A stretch of 64,000 nucleotides of DNA. It comes from Alphaproteobacteria bacterium (lineage in GTDB: Bacteria; Pseudomonadota; Alphaproteobacteria; Rhizobiales; BM303). A program made the position numbers and the translations under genes. The notes below the pieces were generated by a model. The model worked only from the letters and a program-made list of their open reading frames with translations. It had not been told where the DNA came from and made no database searches. The stretch covers positions 4,667 through 68,666 of the forward strand of contig JAJRYE010000035.1 in the NCBI GenBank assembly GCA_024275895.1, read 5' to 3'. Positions 63,826-64,000 of the stretch are shown here, piece after piece (the first letter of the stretch is position 1; every line of letters begins with the position of its first letter).

Positions 63826-64000
63826 ATGTGCGGAATTGTCGGCATTCTCGGGCAAACGCCTGTCGCCGGAACCATTTATGAAGCTTTGAAAAGGCTGGAA
63901 TACAGGGGCTATGATTCGTCCGGTGTGGCGACGCTGGAGGATGGCAGGCTGACGCGCCTTCGCGCCAGGGGAAAGCTTGTCAATCTGGAAAAATGCCTGC
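63826..64000 (+). CDS. glmS: glutamine--fructose-6-phosphate aminotransferase (N-terminal 58 codons; continues beyond the window)
   Basis: MCGIVGILG... Ntn-amidotransferase N-terminus with catalytic Cys2. The ATG lies 1 nt after the glmU stop. Confidence 0.9.
   Translation, partial: MCGIVGILGQTPVAGTIYEALKRLEYRGYDSSGVATLEDGRLTRLRARGKLVNLEKCL

Overview
This 64 kb window looks like a chromosomal core region of a roughly 55-58% GC alphaproteobacterium (Rhizobiales/Hyphomicrobiales-like gene content and order). All product calls come from reading the supplied translations and the DNA by eye; no database search was run. I support about 62 protein-coding genes. I found no rRNA, tRNA, IS element, integrase, prophage or CRISPR array. 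Housekeeping content includes ivd (partial), purB, moeA, korAB, ilvA, thrS, dprA, plsY, pyrB plus a pyrC-like gene, ruvX, glmU and glmS (partial). Main points for follow-up: (1) a minus-strand carbon-metabolism block, prk | hairpin | class-II-like prk homologue-tkt-gap-pgk-fba-rpe-gph, with a divergent PPi-type phosphofructokinase and no RuBisCO in view; (2) korA-korB translationally coupled to a DUF3095-type protein with cyclase-like metal motifs; (3) a histidine phosphatase-ycjX-ycjF module; (4) a cluster of secreted proteins of unknown function, including one with an internally duplicated domain and four PPNPF repeats; (5) a Tad/Cpa locus holding only the periplasmic and outer-membrane parts (cpaB-cpaC-lipoprotein-TPR lipoprotein); (6) a 38-51 kb stretch rich in signalling genes, several visibly degenerate (receiver without its phospho-acceptor Asp, A7-tract frameshift in a fructosamine-kinase-family gene, a sensor gene with one in-frame TGA), plus an orphan CheZ-like protein and a large membrane-anchored coiled-coil protein; (7) a dispersed REP-like palindromic repeat family (CGTCATTCC / GGAATGACG) confined to intergenic spacers. 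I cannot point to one clearly novel system; the candidates are ranked by interest below. Many long ORFs in the track are antisense shadow ORFs and were rejected.
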